The position numbers and the translations under genes are program-made. A stretch of DNA of 64,000 nt, from the NCBI GenBank assembly GCA_963804995.1, contig CAWDSK010000006.1, positions 1,664,001-1,728,000 on the forward strand, written 5' to 3'. The stretch is from an uncultured Acidobacteriota bacterium. GTDB lineage: Bacteria > Acidobacteriota > Terriglobia > UBA7540. Shown here in pieces: positions 29,148 to 39,208 of the stretch (the first letter of the stretch is position 1; each line of letters begins with the position of its first letter). The notes beneath the pieces were generated by a model, which worked only from the letters and a program-made list of their open reading frames with translations, was not told the DNA's origin and ran no database searches.

Positions 29148-29497
29148 GGTTCTACCCTCCTTGGCATTTGGCAGCGTAATGTCGGATTATCTCGCACTGG
29201 CCGTGGCGTGTTGCGCGGGTTCGACCACGTGCATGGTATGCTCAACCGGGCGAGTCGTGTGGATGATGTCCTTCACCCTGGCCACCTCGCCCGCTTGCCT
29301 TTAGGTGCGGCGCTCGCCAGTAACCCCGGCGTTGCACAACAGTTTATACCCGTGCCCGCCCCTGCATGTTGTCAGGTTTGGATCGCGGCCGGGCTCGGCT
29401 GCCTTTTGGCCGGTGCGGCAAGGGCCCCCACTGTGCCAGCCCTGTGCCGGAGGCGCGTGGTGACCTACATGCCGCGAGTGCAGAGACAGGATGCTTT

Positions 29498-30496
29498 TTA
29501 CTGGGTTTTCTGGTCGCCAGCAATCGCCTCCTGCTGCTCTTCCGCCTTTTGCCAACTGGAACTGGGGTCATATTCCTTCATAGCCTTGGCGAGAGGCTCG
29601 GTCTTCTTGCCGAGATCCTTCTGATACACTACTCCCTCCTCGTTAACGATGAAGGTCATCACGCCCGACAACCGGTACTCCGCTGGATAGGCCACGAAAG
29701 CGAAACCCTCTGTCATCTTGCCGTTTACGATGTAACTTTTCGCGCCGCCTGGGCCATTCTTTCCCTGGCGGGTGAGGATGAGGTAATAGTATCCGCGGTA
29801 AGGTGTCGGGGAGCCGTCCGGGCTTGTGGCATGGCTCATCGCCACGGCCGATGCCACCAGCGGCCCGACGGGGCTCTGGGGTTCGCCCTCCGCAGCTTTC
29901 CAATAAAGGCCATTGTGCTGCCCTTCACCACTGAAGATATCCTGGGCGTACTCGTTGTGCTGTGTGGAGTAGTATTCCTTTTGCGCCGCCACAAGCTCCT
30001 GGCATACGCGAATAGTGGATATTTCATTCCGGCCAATGCGCCTGTACAGGATTTCTTTCCTGCCCGCGTCGGTGTCGAAATACCACGAACTCCCCTTGTT
30101 CATGAGCGGTATGGGCGTGGGCCAATTCTCCGCGCCAATATACAAAACCGTGTTTCCATCCGGTTCTTTCACCAGACGGTGCATGACTCGATATCTCTCC
30201 ACGAAATCAGCACGGCTCTGGGCATCCTCGGTTTCGTCTCCCGACGAGACGATCTGCTTTCCGTCTCAACCGAGGATATCGAGCAGCGCTTTTTCGTCGT
30301 TACTCTGCGCTGCCGTGACGAGTGCATTGCTGGCGTCCTCCGGCGATGAAAACGTTTTCTGGCCCGGTTGCTGCGCTAGGGAACGCGTGGGAAAGCCCGC
30401 CGTTAAAAGGATGGCAACCGCCGTTAACATAGGAAGATTGGCCCAACAAAATTTGTCGAAGTTCAGCTTCGTTCGCCGCATATGGCTTCTCTCCAT
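29498..30496 (-). pseudogene. DUF2950 family protein with in-frame TGA at 30266-30268
   Basis: ORFs 30266..30496 and 29498..30202 share a frame (ILG*DGKQIVSSGD); EILYRRIGRNE, GLYW, SGVMTFIV. Confidence 0.8.
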
Positions 30497-30538
30497 TTCT
30501 AAGTTTTACGAGCTACTAAGAATCTAACGGATTTTTGT

Positions 30539-31888
30539 TTAATGACGCCCACCGCCACCACGGGATCCTCCGCCGCCACCACCGCCGCCACCACCGCCAC
30601 GCGATCCTCCGCCACCGCCACGGGCTGCTCCGCCACCGACGCTGGCTTGTCCCCGAGACGAATAGCTCTTTGCTTGTCCGCCCTTCTCGATGTGGCTGAA
30701 GGCGCCCGTGCGGACGCCGGTCTGACCGCGGGGCGCAGCGTATCCTCGCGCCGCCTGCCTGTTCCCGTTGAATGGACTGACCGTTGCGCCGGGACGGCTT
30801 GCAACTCCGCCGCCCGCGCCCCCACCTCGGTTGATGTTGCTCCGGCTGGAAACTCCGCCGCCCGCGCCTCCACCTCGGTAGGTGTTGCTCCGGCTGGACA
30901 CACCGCCGCCCGCGCCCCCGCCTCTGTAGGTTCTGCTGCGGTTATAAAACGTGTTGCTCCGGGAGTAGTACCTGCCGCCGCCAAAAGTTGCGTATCGGCC
31001 ACCCCAATTGAATCCCCAATTATTCCAGCCCCATCCAAAACCTCCATAGAAGCCCATTCCGAAGCCCATTCCGAAAGAGAGGTAGGGGCCGCCATACCAT
31101 ATTCCGGGATACGGGTACCATCCCGGCCACGCCATGATGGGATCTCCGTAAGCCAACCACGGATCGTACGCGGGGACGTAAACGACCTCGGGGTTAGTAG
31201 GCTGAACGGCGATCGTCGAATCTTGCGTGGTTACGGTTTGCTGCGGCGTGGTCTTAAGATTGCCAGCTTTTTCCGCCCGCTGGCGCATCACCTGTATGGC
31301 GTCCATCACATCCTGTTGCTGGTTGTAGTAGGCGTCGCCTAGAGATGACGTCCAGGCAAGGTTCTTGTCCATATTTCCAAGGACGGATGGAAATGCCGTG
31401 AGCGCCTTGACGCTCGGGTCCCAGGGTTGTTGGTCTACCGCTTGACCCAAAGCGTCGCCCTTTAGATCCTGATGCTCCTGCACCCATCGGTCGGCCTGGA
31501 CCACTTGCTCGGGAAACGTGGATGCCGCCAGGATTTGCGCCACCAGCGAATCCGGATACATCGCAATCGGCGCCACCAACTGCTGCAATTGTTCGGGAGT
31601 TCCTTGTGTATAGGGCGGTGCCTGCTCAGTCGGCGGCGCCTGCTCGGTCGGTGGCGCCGGAGCGTCTTGATGAGCCGACATTTTCTGAGGCCATATCGTG
31701 TACCACAGAGCCAACGACAACAGGGGAATCAAAATCTGTACGCCCCCTCGAGGCCTTGGGAACCCTGCGGCACGTCTGAAAATGTTCATGTTCTTGAACC
31801 TCCTCTGTACATTCATCGCTTCGGGCCTCCGATTAATGATGAGCAAACACTGTATAAGCGCGGAGGCAGGAGGCCGCTCGCTTCTCAT
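30539..31888 (-). CDS. DUF3300 domain protein with Gly/Arg-rich tail
   Basis: LVAPIAMYPDSLVAQILAAST, WDPSVKAL, VYVPAYDP; start position uncertain. Confidence 0.9.
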   Translation of the reverse strand: MRSERPPASALIQCLLIINRRPEAMNVQRRFKNMNIFRRAAGFPRPRGGVQILIPLLSLALWYTIWPQKMSAHQDAPAPPTEQAPPTEQAPPYTQGTPEQLQQLVAPIAMYPDSLVAQILAASTFPEQVVQADRWVQEHQDLKGDALGQAVDQQPWDPSVKALTAFPSVLGNMDKNLAWTSSLGDAYYNQQQDVMDAIQVMRQRAEKAGNLKTTPQQTVTTQDSTIAVQPTNPEVVYVPAYDPWLAYGDPIMAWPGWYPYPGIWYGGPYLSFGMGFGMGFYGGFGWGWNNWGFNWGGRYATFGGGRYYSRSNTFYNRSRTYRGGGAGGGVSSRSNTYRGGGAGGGVSSRSNINRGGGAGGGVASRPGATVSPFNGNRQAARGYAAPRGQTGVRTGAFSHIEKGGQAKSYSSRGQASVGGGAARGGGGGSRGGGGGGGGGGGSRGGGGRH

Positions 31889-32375
31889 TCGTTCTCATAC
31901 GACGTTCGAGATGCTCTGGCCCAGGAGAGCCTACGCGACGGAGCCATAACCCCTTTTCTCGATCTGCCGAAGTAAGGGTGACACCATCAGGGACACCATG
32001 ATTGGGCTCTCTTCAGGCACGGCCATGACCACAATAAACAGCCCAAGGGCGCCTGTCTGTCCACAATTGACCAGCGTTTTGTCCAATATTGACCACATTC
32101 CAAAAACTGCCCAGGGCCGGGCCGCCTTATCTCCACCGTCGAAGATAATCCGCATTCTCCTGCTCAAAAGGGTTGGTATGCAGGCTTTGGCCGGGTAAGG
32201 GGGATGAATCGAAACCTCCAGGTCCGGGCTAAGGGCCCGACCCTGACTCAAACGATGCAGGTAAAGCTACGCTTTCACAATGCACACCGGGGTGGTTCGG
32301 GGCGGCGTAGTTGAATGCGGCGCCGAACAAATCTTCCCGGCGTACGAAGGGGTGAACGTGGCTCTCTGGTCGCAG

Positions 32376-32416
32376 TGTGCTGTTTTGACCAAAGAGGTGA
32401 GCAATACGGAATCGAC
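32376..32416 (+). promoter_or_regulatory. Tandem CRP-like operator, copy 6
   Basis: TGTGCTGTTTTGACCAAAGAGGTGAGCAATACGGAATCGAC + 18 nt + TATAAA. Confidence 0.72.
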
Positions 32417-32561
32417 AACGCCTTTAGCAGAAGGTATAAAGGTTATGCCCTTTGTTAACGGCAAAGATAAGTGGTGCGGACGAAGGGTGGGAACCGCAAG
32501 ATGCGGGTTCTTAAGTGCAGGATTCCATCGGTCGACACAAGAGAAGAAGAGAGGAGCTTTA

Positions 32562-32849
32562 ATGCGAATGAATTTCAAGTCCTATATCTGGGTTCTGGCG
32601 GTAGTAGTAGGCATGGGTATCATGGGAAGCACGGTACGCACTATGGCGTCTCCGGCCATGAATGCCGCGGGTGAAGACCAAGACTATTCGAAAAACAAGA
32701 GGTACCAGCAAGGGATGCGTGAAGGCAAGGATGACAAAGCGCATAACCGGGACCACTTCAGGAAAAGGCACTTTAACAAAGAGGAAGACAATCGAGCTTA
32801 CGAATCTGGTTACCAGCATGGCCACGTAATCGATGTCCACATTAATTAA
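32562..32849 (+). CDS. Small secreted hypothetical protein
   Basis: GAGGAG RBS; signal peptide; YQQGMREG...YESGYQHG. Confidence 0.7.
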   Translation: MRMNFKSYIWVLAVVVGMGIMGSTVRTMASPAMNAAGEDQDYSKNKRYQQGMREGKDDKAHNRDHFRKRHFNKEEDNRAYESGYQHGHVIDVHIN

Positions 32850-33141
32850 GACGTGACACAACTTGCCGGGCTTCCGCTAAGAGGGCATGGGTTATGTACT
32901 TAAAGGTGGATTCGCCCGCGACGCCGACATGGTTATTTCATGTCGGCGTTTTCTTTGACGCCAGGACTTGTCCCCCGCCATTGATGAAGGTGGATTCGCG
33001 TAAGTTGAGATTGCCTGCCCGTGCGGCCGGGGAGCAAAGCTATAATGATGGCAAGCGGCGGAGCCCCAATAGATACTCACAGGACTCGCCAATTTGGACA
33101 GTCGTGGCCTGCCCCTGCCGGCGATTTCTAGGAGATACCCC

Positions 33142-33285
33142 ATGAATAATCCCTTCCCCCGCCGGGCGGCTGCGAATCCTACGCAGTACAACATTGATGC
33201 CATCGCTAAGGTTCAGTCATTTAGCAAAACAACCGACGTATCCAAGCTGGCCAGTGAACTCGAAAACAAGCTTCCTGAGGAATAG
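33142..33285 (+). pseudogene. Internally deleted DUF1003-like gene
   Basis: AGGAG RBS; NPTQYNIDAIAK joined directly to VQSFSKTTDVSKLASELENKLPEE with no TM core. Confidence 0.5.
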
Positions 33286-33410
33286 CACCTCCCCGATCAT
33301 CATTCACCAAACCCCTGCCGATGGCTGGCAACTCGCCGGCCGGTCCGGAAAGCGCCGGCAGGGGGCAAATACAACCTTGTTTACACTTCCGGTATATGCG
33401 CCCGGCTCAC

Positions 33411-33578
33411 TCAACCAGACATGCGCATTCCGCCGAACAGGTACAGGACTACCAGGATGATCAGGACCACGCCGACGATCCCGATGCCTCCACCCGAACC
33501 CCATCTCCGATATCCGTAATAGCCTCCACCGCCGCCGAACAGGAGCAGTAGAACGACAATTAGCAAAAGTAGTCCCAT
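33411..33578 (-). CDS. DUF3309-like small membrane protein (55 aa, not in the ORF track)
   Basis: MGLLLLIVVLLLLFGGGGGYYGYRRWGSGGGIGIVGVVLIILVVLYLFGGMRMSG; GAGGAG RBS. Confidence 0.8.
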   Translation of the reverse strand: MGLLLLIVVLLLLFGGGGGYYGYRRWGSGGGIGIVGVVLIILVVLYLFGGMRMSG

Positions 33579-33803
33579 GGGAATCTCCTCTCAGTTAGTT
33601 AAATGCTTCCACCAGAATTTCCGATTGGACTGCGCGGCCAACTGGCAATGGCCTCCTTACCGCTTCAACATTCGACGCTCCACCCTGATTCCGGCAAACG
33701 GCTTTGTGGAAAGCAGCCTCGGACGGCCAGTCGGGGTGACCAATATCCATAACCCGCGGCGCTATCCGGAGCATTCCGGAAGACGCGGGGAAGAGTGCCG
33801 CTA

Positions 33804-33974
33804 TCACGATGGATCTCTTTGGCGCGTTGCTTTGACACCCGACAGAACCCCTATGCCTAGGAAAACGATCGCGCCTACGACAATCCAGTGTGTGGGGACA
33901 TGCATCAAATGAGCGCCGTAAATCAGCCCGCCAATCACCAGCACGAATCCAACGGAGTAAATTCCAAATGACAT
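33804..33974 (-). CDS. Small two-TM membrane protein (56 aa, not in the ORF track)
   Basis: MSFGIYSVGFVLVIGGLIYGAHLMHVPTHWIVVGAIVFLGIGVLSGVKATRQRDPS; AAGGAG RBS. Confidence 0.78.
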   Translation of the reverse strand: MSFGIYSVGFVLVIGGLIYGAHLMHVPTHWIVVGAIVFLGIGVLSGVKATRQRDPS

Positions 33975-34035
33975 AACGTCTCCTTCTCACAAAACAGAGC
34001 TGCAAGACCCTGCGACCAGCGCCCGTTCACGGCTC

Positions 34036-34590
34036 TTACTGCGTGGTGGTGGAGCTGGCCTTTTGATCTCTTACTTGCAGCTCGTTCACGACCTGTAGCA
34101 CGTTCGGAACCTTTGACGCCACTTGCTCAACCTGTGCGCGCTTGGCTTGAGAACTGACCTCGCCGGTCAACGTCACGACGCCACTCTTAACGTCGTATTT
34201 GACGCCCTTGTGGAGCTTGTTCTGGATGAGGGCAGCATCCAAATTCTTGTCGATACCCGCGTCCAGGTCCGAGTTTACGGTCTTTGCCGCACCTTCGGCG
34301 CCGGGAGGAACCACAGCAATCTGGTTCGCTACAACCTGCCCAGTGGCGATTGACGTTGCGATGGATTCAGCCTGAGCCTTATCAGCGTCTGCCGCGACGT
34401 TTCCGCTCAGGGTCACGACGCCCTTGTCGCGGTCCTGTGTTACGGAGACAGCTTTGAGGCCGGCTTCATCGAGCGCTTTGCGGATGCTGTCAGAAACATC
34501 AGCCGACTTCGTAGATGTTCTTGAGCAGCCCACGATGCTCCCAACTGCGAGCAGCATGAGTATGGTTAAGCATAGCTTAAGAGTTTTCAT
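34036..34590 (-). CDS. Double BON domain lipoprotein (OsmY-like)
   Basis: Lipobox IVGC; two GVVTL(S/T)G repeats. Confidence 0.92.
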   Translation of the reverse strand: MKTLKLCLTILMLLAVGSIVGCSRTSTKSADVSDSIRKALDEAGLKAVSVTQDRDKGVVTLSGNVAADADKAQAESIATSIATGQVVANQIAVVPPGAEGAAKTVNSDLDAGIDKNLDAALIQNKLHKGVKYDVKSGVVTLTGEVSSQAKRAQVEQVASKVPNVLQVVNELQVRDQKASSTTTQ

Positions 34591-34778
34591 TGGTTTCCTT
34601 TGATCAGAGTTTTCCAGCCTGGAGTAATCGCGCTATGTAGACATCGCTGCATTTTTCCCTGGCATTTCTCGAATTCTTCCTCTCGGTACCGCAGCCTGCC
34701 CCGAACAGAGCGCCGGTTGACTTCCGACTCACAACGGAGGCGCGAGCCACTCTTCTTTTAACCTGGACTCGATTCAGT

Positions 34779-34819
34779 GTCAGTTCAGAACGGCTCACCC
34801 GTTTGGTCAAAATCGCTCA
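34779..34819 (-). promoter_or_regulatory. Tandem CRP-like operator, copy 7
   Basis: TGAGCGATTTTGACCAAACGGGTGAGCCGTTCTGAACTGAC + 18 nt + TAAAAG. Confidence 0.8.
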
Positions 34820-34903
34820 TTCCGTGATTAGGGAGTCGGCGACGTGCTGGCACGTCCGGCTTCATCCGGGAGTGCGCCACCCTCCACTATCCGGACGTCG
34901 TGC

Positions 34904-34944
34904 TGTGCAAGTTTGCTCAGCCCATTGGTCCATTCTGCACAGAC
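34904..34944 (+). promoter_or_regulatory. Tandem CRP-like operator, copy 8 (divergent partner of copy 7)
   Basis: TGTGCAAGTTTGCTCAGCCCATTGGTCCATTCTGCACAGAC + 18 nt + TATCCT; the most degenerate copy. Confidence 0.6.
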
Positions 34945-35078
34945 AGCAAAGGTCGGGGGGAATATCCTGCAGAAGGTTACTGAGTGTAGAGACCCGCCAA
35001 TAGAAATCATCTGGCGATAGACGTTGGCAGCAATCTGCCGCCCTCAGCCCGGCCACAGAATAAGAAAGGAGAAATATC

Positions 35079-35453
35079 ATGCCGCAAGTACAGCTAGAAA
35101 AGTCTTTGGGGATTGTGCTCTCCGGAAGTTCCTTGAAGGGTGACAAGGTGGTGAACTACAAAGGCGAAGACCTGGGCAAAATCGAAGAGATCATGATCGA
35201 TTTGGATCGTGGGCGCGTCGCTTACGCCGTCCTGTCGTTCGGCGGGTTCTTTGGCATGGGTGACAAACTGTTTGCCATTCCCTGGCAGGCTTTTAGCGTC
35301 GACGTGACCAACAAGCAGATGGTTCTGAATGCCGACAAGGAGCTTTTGGAGAAGGCGCCGGGATTTGACAAGAATAACTGGCCCGACATGGCAGACCTTT
35401 CTTTGGGGTCCACGCTGTACGGGTACTATGGCTACAAGCCCTACTGGGCCTGA
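35079..35453 (+). CDS. PRC-barrel domain protein
   Basis: GEDLGKIEEIMID...YAVLSFGGFFGMGDKLFAIPW. Confidence 0.92.
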   Translation: MPQVQLEKSLGIVLSGSSLKGDKVVNYKGEDLGKIEEIMIDLDRGRVAYAVLSFGGFFGMGDKLFAIPWQAFSVDVTNKQMVLNADKELLEKAPGFDKNNWPDMADLSLGSTLYGYYGYKPYWA

Positions 35454-35508
35454 TCCCGACTGATACTTTCCCCGTCACCACCGGTCAGGCTAAAAGGAGG
35501 CAAACACC

Positions 35509-36339
35509 GTGCGGATATGGATACTGATGATGCTGGGCGCGACGCTTGCGTTTGGGCAGGCCAAACCCGCCGATACCGAACAGAGGTGCCTGAACCTGTT
35601 GAACGACGCCGCCTATGACCGGAATCCGGACGGTCGCAAGGGCGCGGCGGAGGCACTGAGCCTGATGGGATTGAACGATAAAGCTCTTCTGCTTCTTAAC
35701 TTGATGCTCGATGACCACGACGTTTCGGTGCGGATTGCGGTGGTTGTCACCCTGGGTGACTTCAAGGACAACCAAACACTGCCTCTTTTGAAGAAAGCCT
35801 TGCAAGATCTGGTTCCCGAAGTCGACTTCGCCGCAGCCAAGGTGCTTTACCAACTCCACGACCCCGAGGGAGTGCATTTTCTTCTCAACGTGGTTAGCAA
35901 AGAGTCTAAGGCGTCCTCAAGCTATCTCAGCAATCAGAAACGGGGCGCCTTTCGCCTGTTGCACACTCCTACCCAGCTTTTCATTTTCATTGGAACCCAG
36001 GCAGTAGGTTTCGCCGTCCCCGTGCCGGGTCTTGGGTTCGGAATATCTTCGGCACAAGGTATCCTAACGGCCCCCGATTCTTCCGCCCGGGCCGCCTCTC
36101 TGCTGCTCATCGGAAGCTCGCTTGATCCAGCCTTGGCGGATGCAGTGGAATCAGCCTTGTCGGATAAGGAGTGGTCAGTACGCGCGGCGGCCGCTCACCT
36201 GGTTGCGATGCATCCTTTCCCACAATTCCAGGAGAATTTGGTCCCCCTGCTGGACAACAAGAAGGATGCGGTGCGCGTACGCGCTGCCGCGGCCTACATC
36301 AGACTCCAGCACAATACGAAGGTGCTGCCGACGAAGTGA
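35509..36339 (+). CDS. HEAT repeat protein, secreted
   Basis: Signal peptide; repeated LxDxxxxVRxAA motifs. Confidence 0.85.
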   Translation: MRIWILMMLGATLAFGQAKPADTEQRCLNLLNDAAYDRNPDGRKGAAEALSLMGLNDKALLLLNLMLDDHDVSVRIAVVVTLGDFKDNQTLPLLKKALQDLVPEVDFAAAKVLYQLHDPEGVHFLLNVVSKESKASSSYLSNQKRGAFRLLHTPTQLFIFIGTQAVGFAVPVPGLGFGISSAQGILTAPDSSARAASLLLIGSSLDPALADAVESALSDKEWSVRAAAAHLVAMHPFPQFQENLVPLLDNKKDAVRVRAAAAYIRLQHNTKVLPTK

Positions 36340-36407
36340 GGCGTCAAGATTCATTAAATGCGGACGGGTAATTCATCGAGTCTCTGGAAGGGTTGTAGCT
36401 CATACCT

Positions 36408-37190
36408 ATGTCCTCCACAGCGAATTCCATCACGGCTCCAGTCACCGGGTTTTTTGAATGGTTCGGCGATCTGGGCCATTTTTCCTGGCAAGTTCTGCGG
36501 GCGGCCGTGACCCCGCCCTTTGAATTCCGCGAGCTTGTCCGGCAAATCGACGAGATAGGATCAAAATCGTTTCCTCTCGTGGCTTTGGCGGGCGCAGCCA
36601 TCGGCGCCATCTTCTCGCTTGAAACCCGCGATACCCTGGTTCGATTCGGCGCCAGTTCAATGCTTCCTACTGCTGTCGTGTACTCGATTATCCATGAGAT
36701 CGGTCCCATCGTCACCGGCTTGATCGTCTGCGGCCGAGCGGGAGCAGGCATTGGCGCGGAGTTGGGATCAATGAAGGTCACGGAGCAGATCGATGCCATC
36801 GAGGCGTCAGCCGTAAATCCCTATAGGTTGCTGGCCGCAACCCGCATTGTGGCTTGCATCCTGGTGATGCCACTCCTGACCCTCACTGCCGATTTCTTCG
36901 GGGTGGTAATGGCTTGGGTGGCCAACGTCCTGGCTGAGCCGATCACCTTCCAGCAGTTCATCCACAATGGCTTCAGCACCTTTGGCTTCAATGATTTTCT
37001 GCCCCCGACCTTCAAGACAATGGTGTTCGGCCTGATCATCGGGCTGGTGGCGTGCTCTCAGGGAATGCGGACGCGGGGAGGCACCGAGGGCGTGGGGCGT
37101 ACGGCGACGAGCTCTGTGGTCTTATCTTCGCTCTTCGTAATCCTGGCCGACGTTGTCATGGTGAAACTGATCGTCATGTTCTTTCCCTGA
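36408..37190 (+). CDS. mlaE: MlaE-family ABC transporter permease
   Basis: EIGPIVTGL, GAELGSMKVTEQIDA, GGTEGVGR. Confidence 0.92.
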   Translation: MSSTANSITAPVTGFFEWFGDLGHFSWQVLRAAVTPPFEFRELVRQIDEIGSKSFPLVALAGAAIGAIFSLETRDTLVRFGASSMLPTAVVYSIIHEIGPIVTGLIVCGRAGAGIGAELGSMKVTEQIDAIEASAVNPYRLLAATRIVACILVMPLLTLTADFFGVVMAWVANVLAEPITFQQFIHNGFSTFGFNDFLPPTFKTMVFGLIIGLVACSQGMRTRGGTEGVGRTATSSVVLSSLFVILADVVMVKLIVMFFP

Positions 37191-37241
37191 GGACCTGCGC
37201 TGAAGAGTTTGCAAGGGGGCACTGAAAGGGCCTGTAAACGC

Positions 37242-38006
37242 ATGGTGATAGAAACCCTTGAGAAAACGAATGGCGAGCCCCCCGTGGTCCTGCGAGGTCT
37301 GCACCAGTCCTTCGGCGCCCAGGTGGTCTTGAATGGGATTGACCTGACGGTCGCCCGCGGTGAAACGCTCGCGGTGCTCGGCCGCAGTGGCACCGGCAAG
37401 AGTGTCTTGTTGAAGATTATCATCGGGCTGCAAAAGCCGGATGCAGGCTCGGTGAGCATCCACGGGCAGGAGCTTACCGGAATCGATCTCGCCAAGCTCA
37501 ACGCGATCCGGAAGAAAATGGGTTTTTTGTTCCAGCAGGCGGCGCTCTACGACTCGCTGACGGTGGCGGAGAATGTGGATTTCCCACTGAAGCACAATAC
37601 CAACATGCCCGAGCACGAGCGGCGGGATCGGGTCAAGGAATTGCTGAAGAGTGTGGGTATGGAAGGGGACCTCAAGAAGATGCCTTCCGATATATCCGGC
37701 GGGATGCAGAAGCGAGTGGGGCTGGCGCGGGCGCTGGCCCTCGACCCTGACATCCTGCTGCTGGATGAACCCACGGCGGGACTGGATCCTATTACCTCCA
37801 GCGAGATTGATGAGCTGATTCTCAAGCTGCAAAAGGAGCATGCCATGGCATCCATCGTGGTCACGCACGATATGCAAAGCGCAAAAACCATCGCTGGCCG
37901 GTTGGCGCTGCTCCACGAGGGAAATGTGGTGCTGGAAGGCACTTTCGCGGACCTGGAGAAGAGTCACGACAAGTTTGTCACAGATTTTATGCGACGGGAC
38001 TCATAG
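37242..38006 (+). CDS. mlaF: MlaF-family ABC ATPase
   Basis: GRSGTGKS, ISGGMQKRVGLARA, LLDEPTAGLDP. Confidence 0.93.
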   Translation: MVIETLEKTNGEPPVVLRGLHQSFGAQVVLNGIDLTVARGETLAVLGRSGTGKSVLLKIIIGLQKPDAGSVSIHGQELTGIDLAKLNAIRKKMGFLFQQAALYDSLTVAENVDFPLKHNTNMPEHERRDRVKELLKSVGMEGDLKKMPSDISGGMQKRVGLARALALDPDILLLDEPTAGLDPITSSEIDELILKLQKEHAMASIVVTHDMQSAKTIAGRLALLHEGNVVLEGTFADLEKSHDKFVTDFMRRDS

Positions 38007-38014
38007 GAGAACAT

Positions 38015-39208
38015 ATGTCGAGGGCGGCGCGTTTAGGAGCTTTCATAGTTACGACACTGGCGATTCTGGTGGTGGGGACTTTTATCATCGGTAACAAGCA
38101 ATACCTGTTTACTTCCACCTACCGGTTGAAGACGCAGTTCAGTGACGTCGTGGGCCTGGATGTGGGCGCCGGGGTTCGGGTGGGAGGTGTTCACCGTGGA
38201 ACCGTGCATAGCATCGAGTTGCCTCACCAGCCGGGGGATAAAATCACGGTGGTGATGGACCTCGACAACAAGACGCACGACATTATCAAGCAAGACTCCG
38301 TAGCGTCCATCGAAACCGAGGGCCTGATGGGCAACGAGTACATGGCGGTCTCATTTGGAACTACCGGGGCGGCCAACGTGCGCGACGGTGACACCATCGC
38401 CAGCAAACCTCCCATCGCCATGTCTGACCTGATTAAGAAGTCGCAGGATCTCTTGGATAGCAGCCAACAGGCCATCAAGAATGTTACGCAGACAACAGCG
38501 AATTTAAGCTCGATCAGCGCCAAGATCGACCAGGGTCAGGGCACTGTCGGGGCTCTGGTCAACGATAAGACGGCCTATCTTGAACTTAACGAAACGATGG
38601 GTGGAATGCGTGAGGCAGTAGCCCATGCGCAAGCGGGCGTTACCGATTTCCAAGAGAACATGGAGGCGATGAAGCACAATTTCTTCCTGCGCGGATATTT
38701 CAAGAATCGCGGTTATGAAGATTCCGCGGAGCTGGCCAAAGACGAAATCATTAGGCTGCCCCAGGGCACGCCCCAAAAAACGTTTACGTTCGAAGCCAAG
38801 CAACTCTTCGATAAGGTCGACACGGCCAAGCTGAAGAACCAGAAGTCTCTGGACGCCGCCGGCGACTTCCTGACGGATACCGACTTTGGAGTCGCCGTAG
38901 TGGCCGTGTATTCCAGCATGGAAGGAGATGCCAAGAAAGACCTGATCCTGACCCAAGGCCGTGCCCTGGTGGTCCGAGAGTACCTGGTTGAGAATTTCGG
39001 TTTCGATGATCGGCGGCTCAAGACACTGGGAATGGGGAAGAAGAGCGGCACGAGCCCGGAAAGCGGTTGGGGCACCATCCAGATCCTCGTTTATCCCGCC
39101 GGCACTGAAATGCCGCCCGCGACGCTGGCACAGAAAAGTACTCCACCCAAGGCCACCTTAGAACTGCCCGTTGCCGAACCCGCCGCCACGGTTCCGAAAC
39201 CGCAGTAG
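38015..39208 (+). CDS. mlaD: MlaD/MCE protein with OmpA-like C-terminal extension
   Basis: GLDVGAGVRVGGV, TEGLMGNEY; C-terminal LTQGRALVVREYLVENF...LKTLGMG. Confidence 0.88.
   Translation: MSRAARLGAFIVTTLAILVVGTFIIGNKQYLFTSTYRLKTQFSDVVGLDVGAGVRVGGVHRGTVHSIELPHQPGDKITVVMDLDNKTHDIIKQDSVASIETEGLMGNEYMAVSFGTTGAANVRDGDTIASKPPIAMSDLIKKSQDLLDSSQQAIKNVTQTTANLSSISAKIDQGQGTVGALVNDKTAYLELNETMGGMREAVAHAQAGVTDFQENMEAMKHNFFLRGYFKNRGYEDSAELAKDEIIRLPQGTPQKTFTFEAKQLFDKVDTAKLKNQKSLDAAGDFLTDTDFGVAVVAVYSSMEGDAKKDLILTQGRALVVREYLVENFGFDDRRLKTLGMGKKSGTSPESGWGTIQILVYPAGTEMPPATLAQKSTPPKATLELPVAEPAATVPKPQ

Noticed and set aside
30266..30268. TGA as selenocysteine
   Set aside because: The context is not a Cys/redox motif, and no SECIS element could be supported.
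31931..32251. Small ORF upstream of DUF3300
   Set aside because: No recognisable motif or convincing start; may be a remnant.
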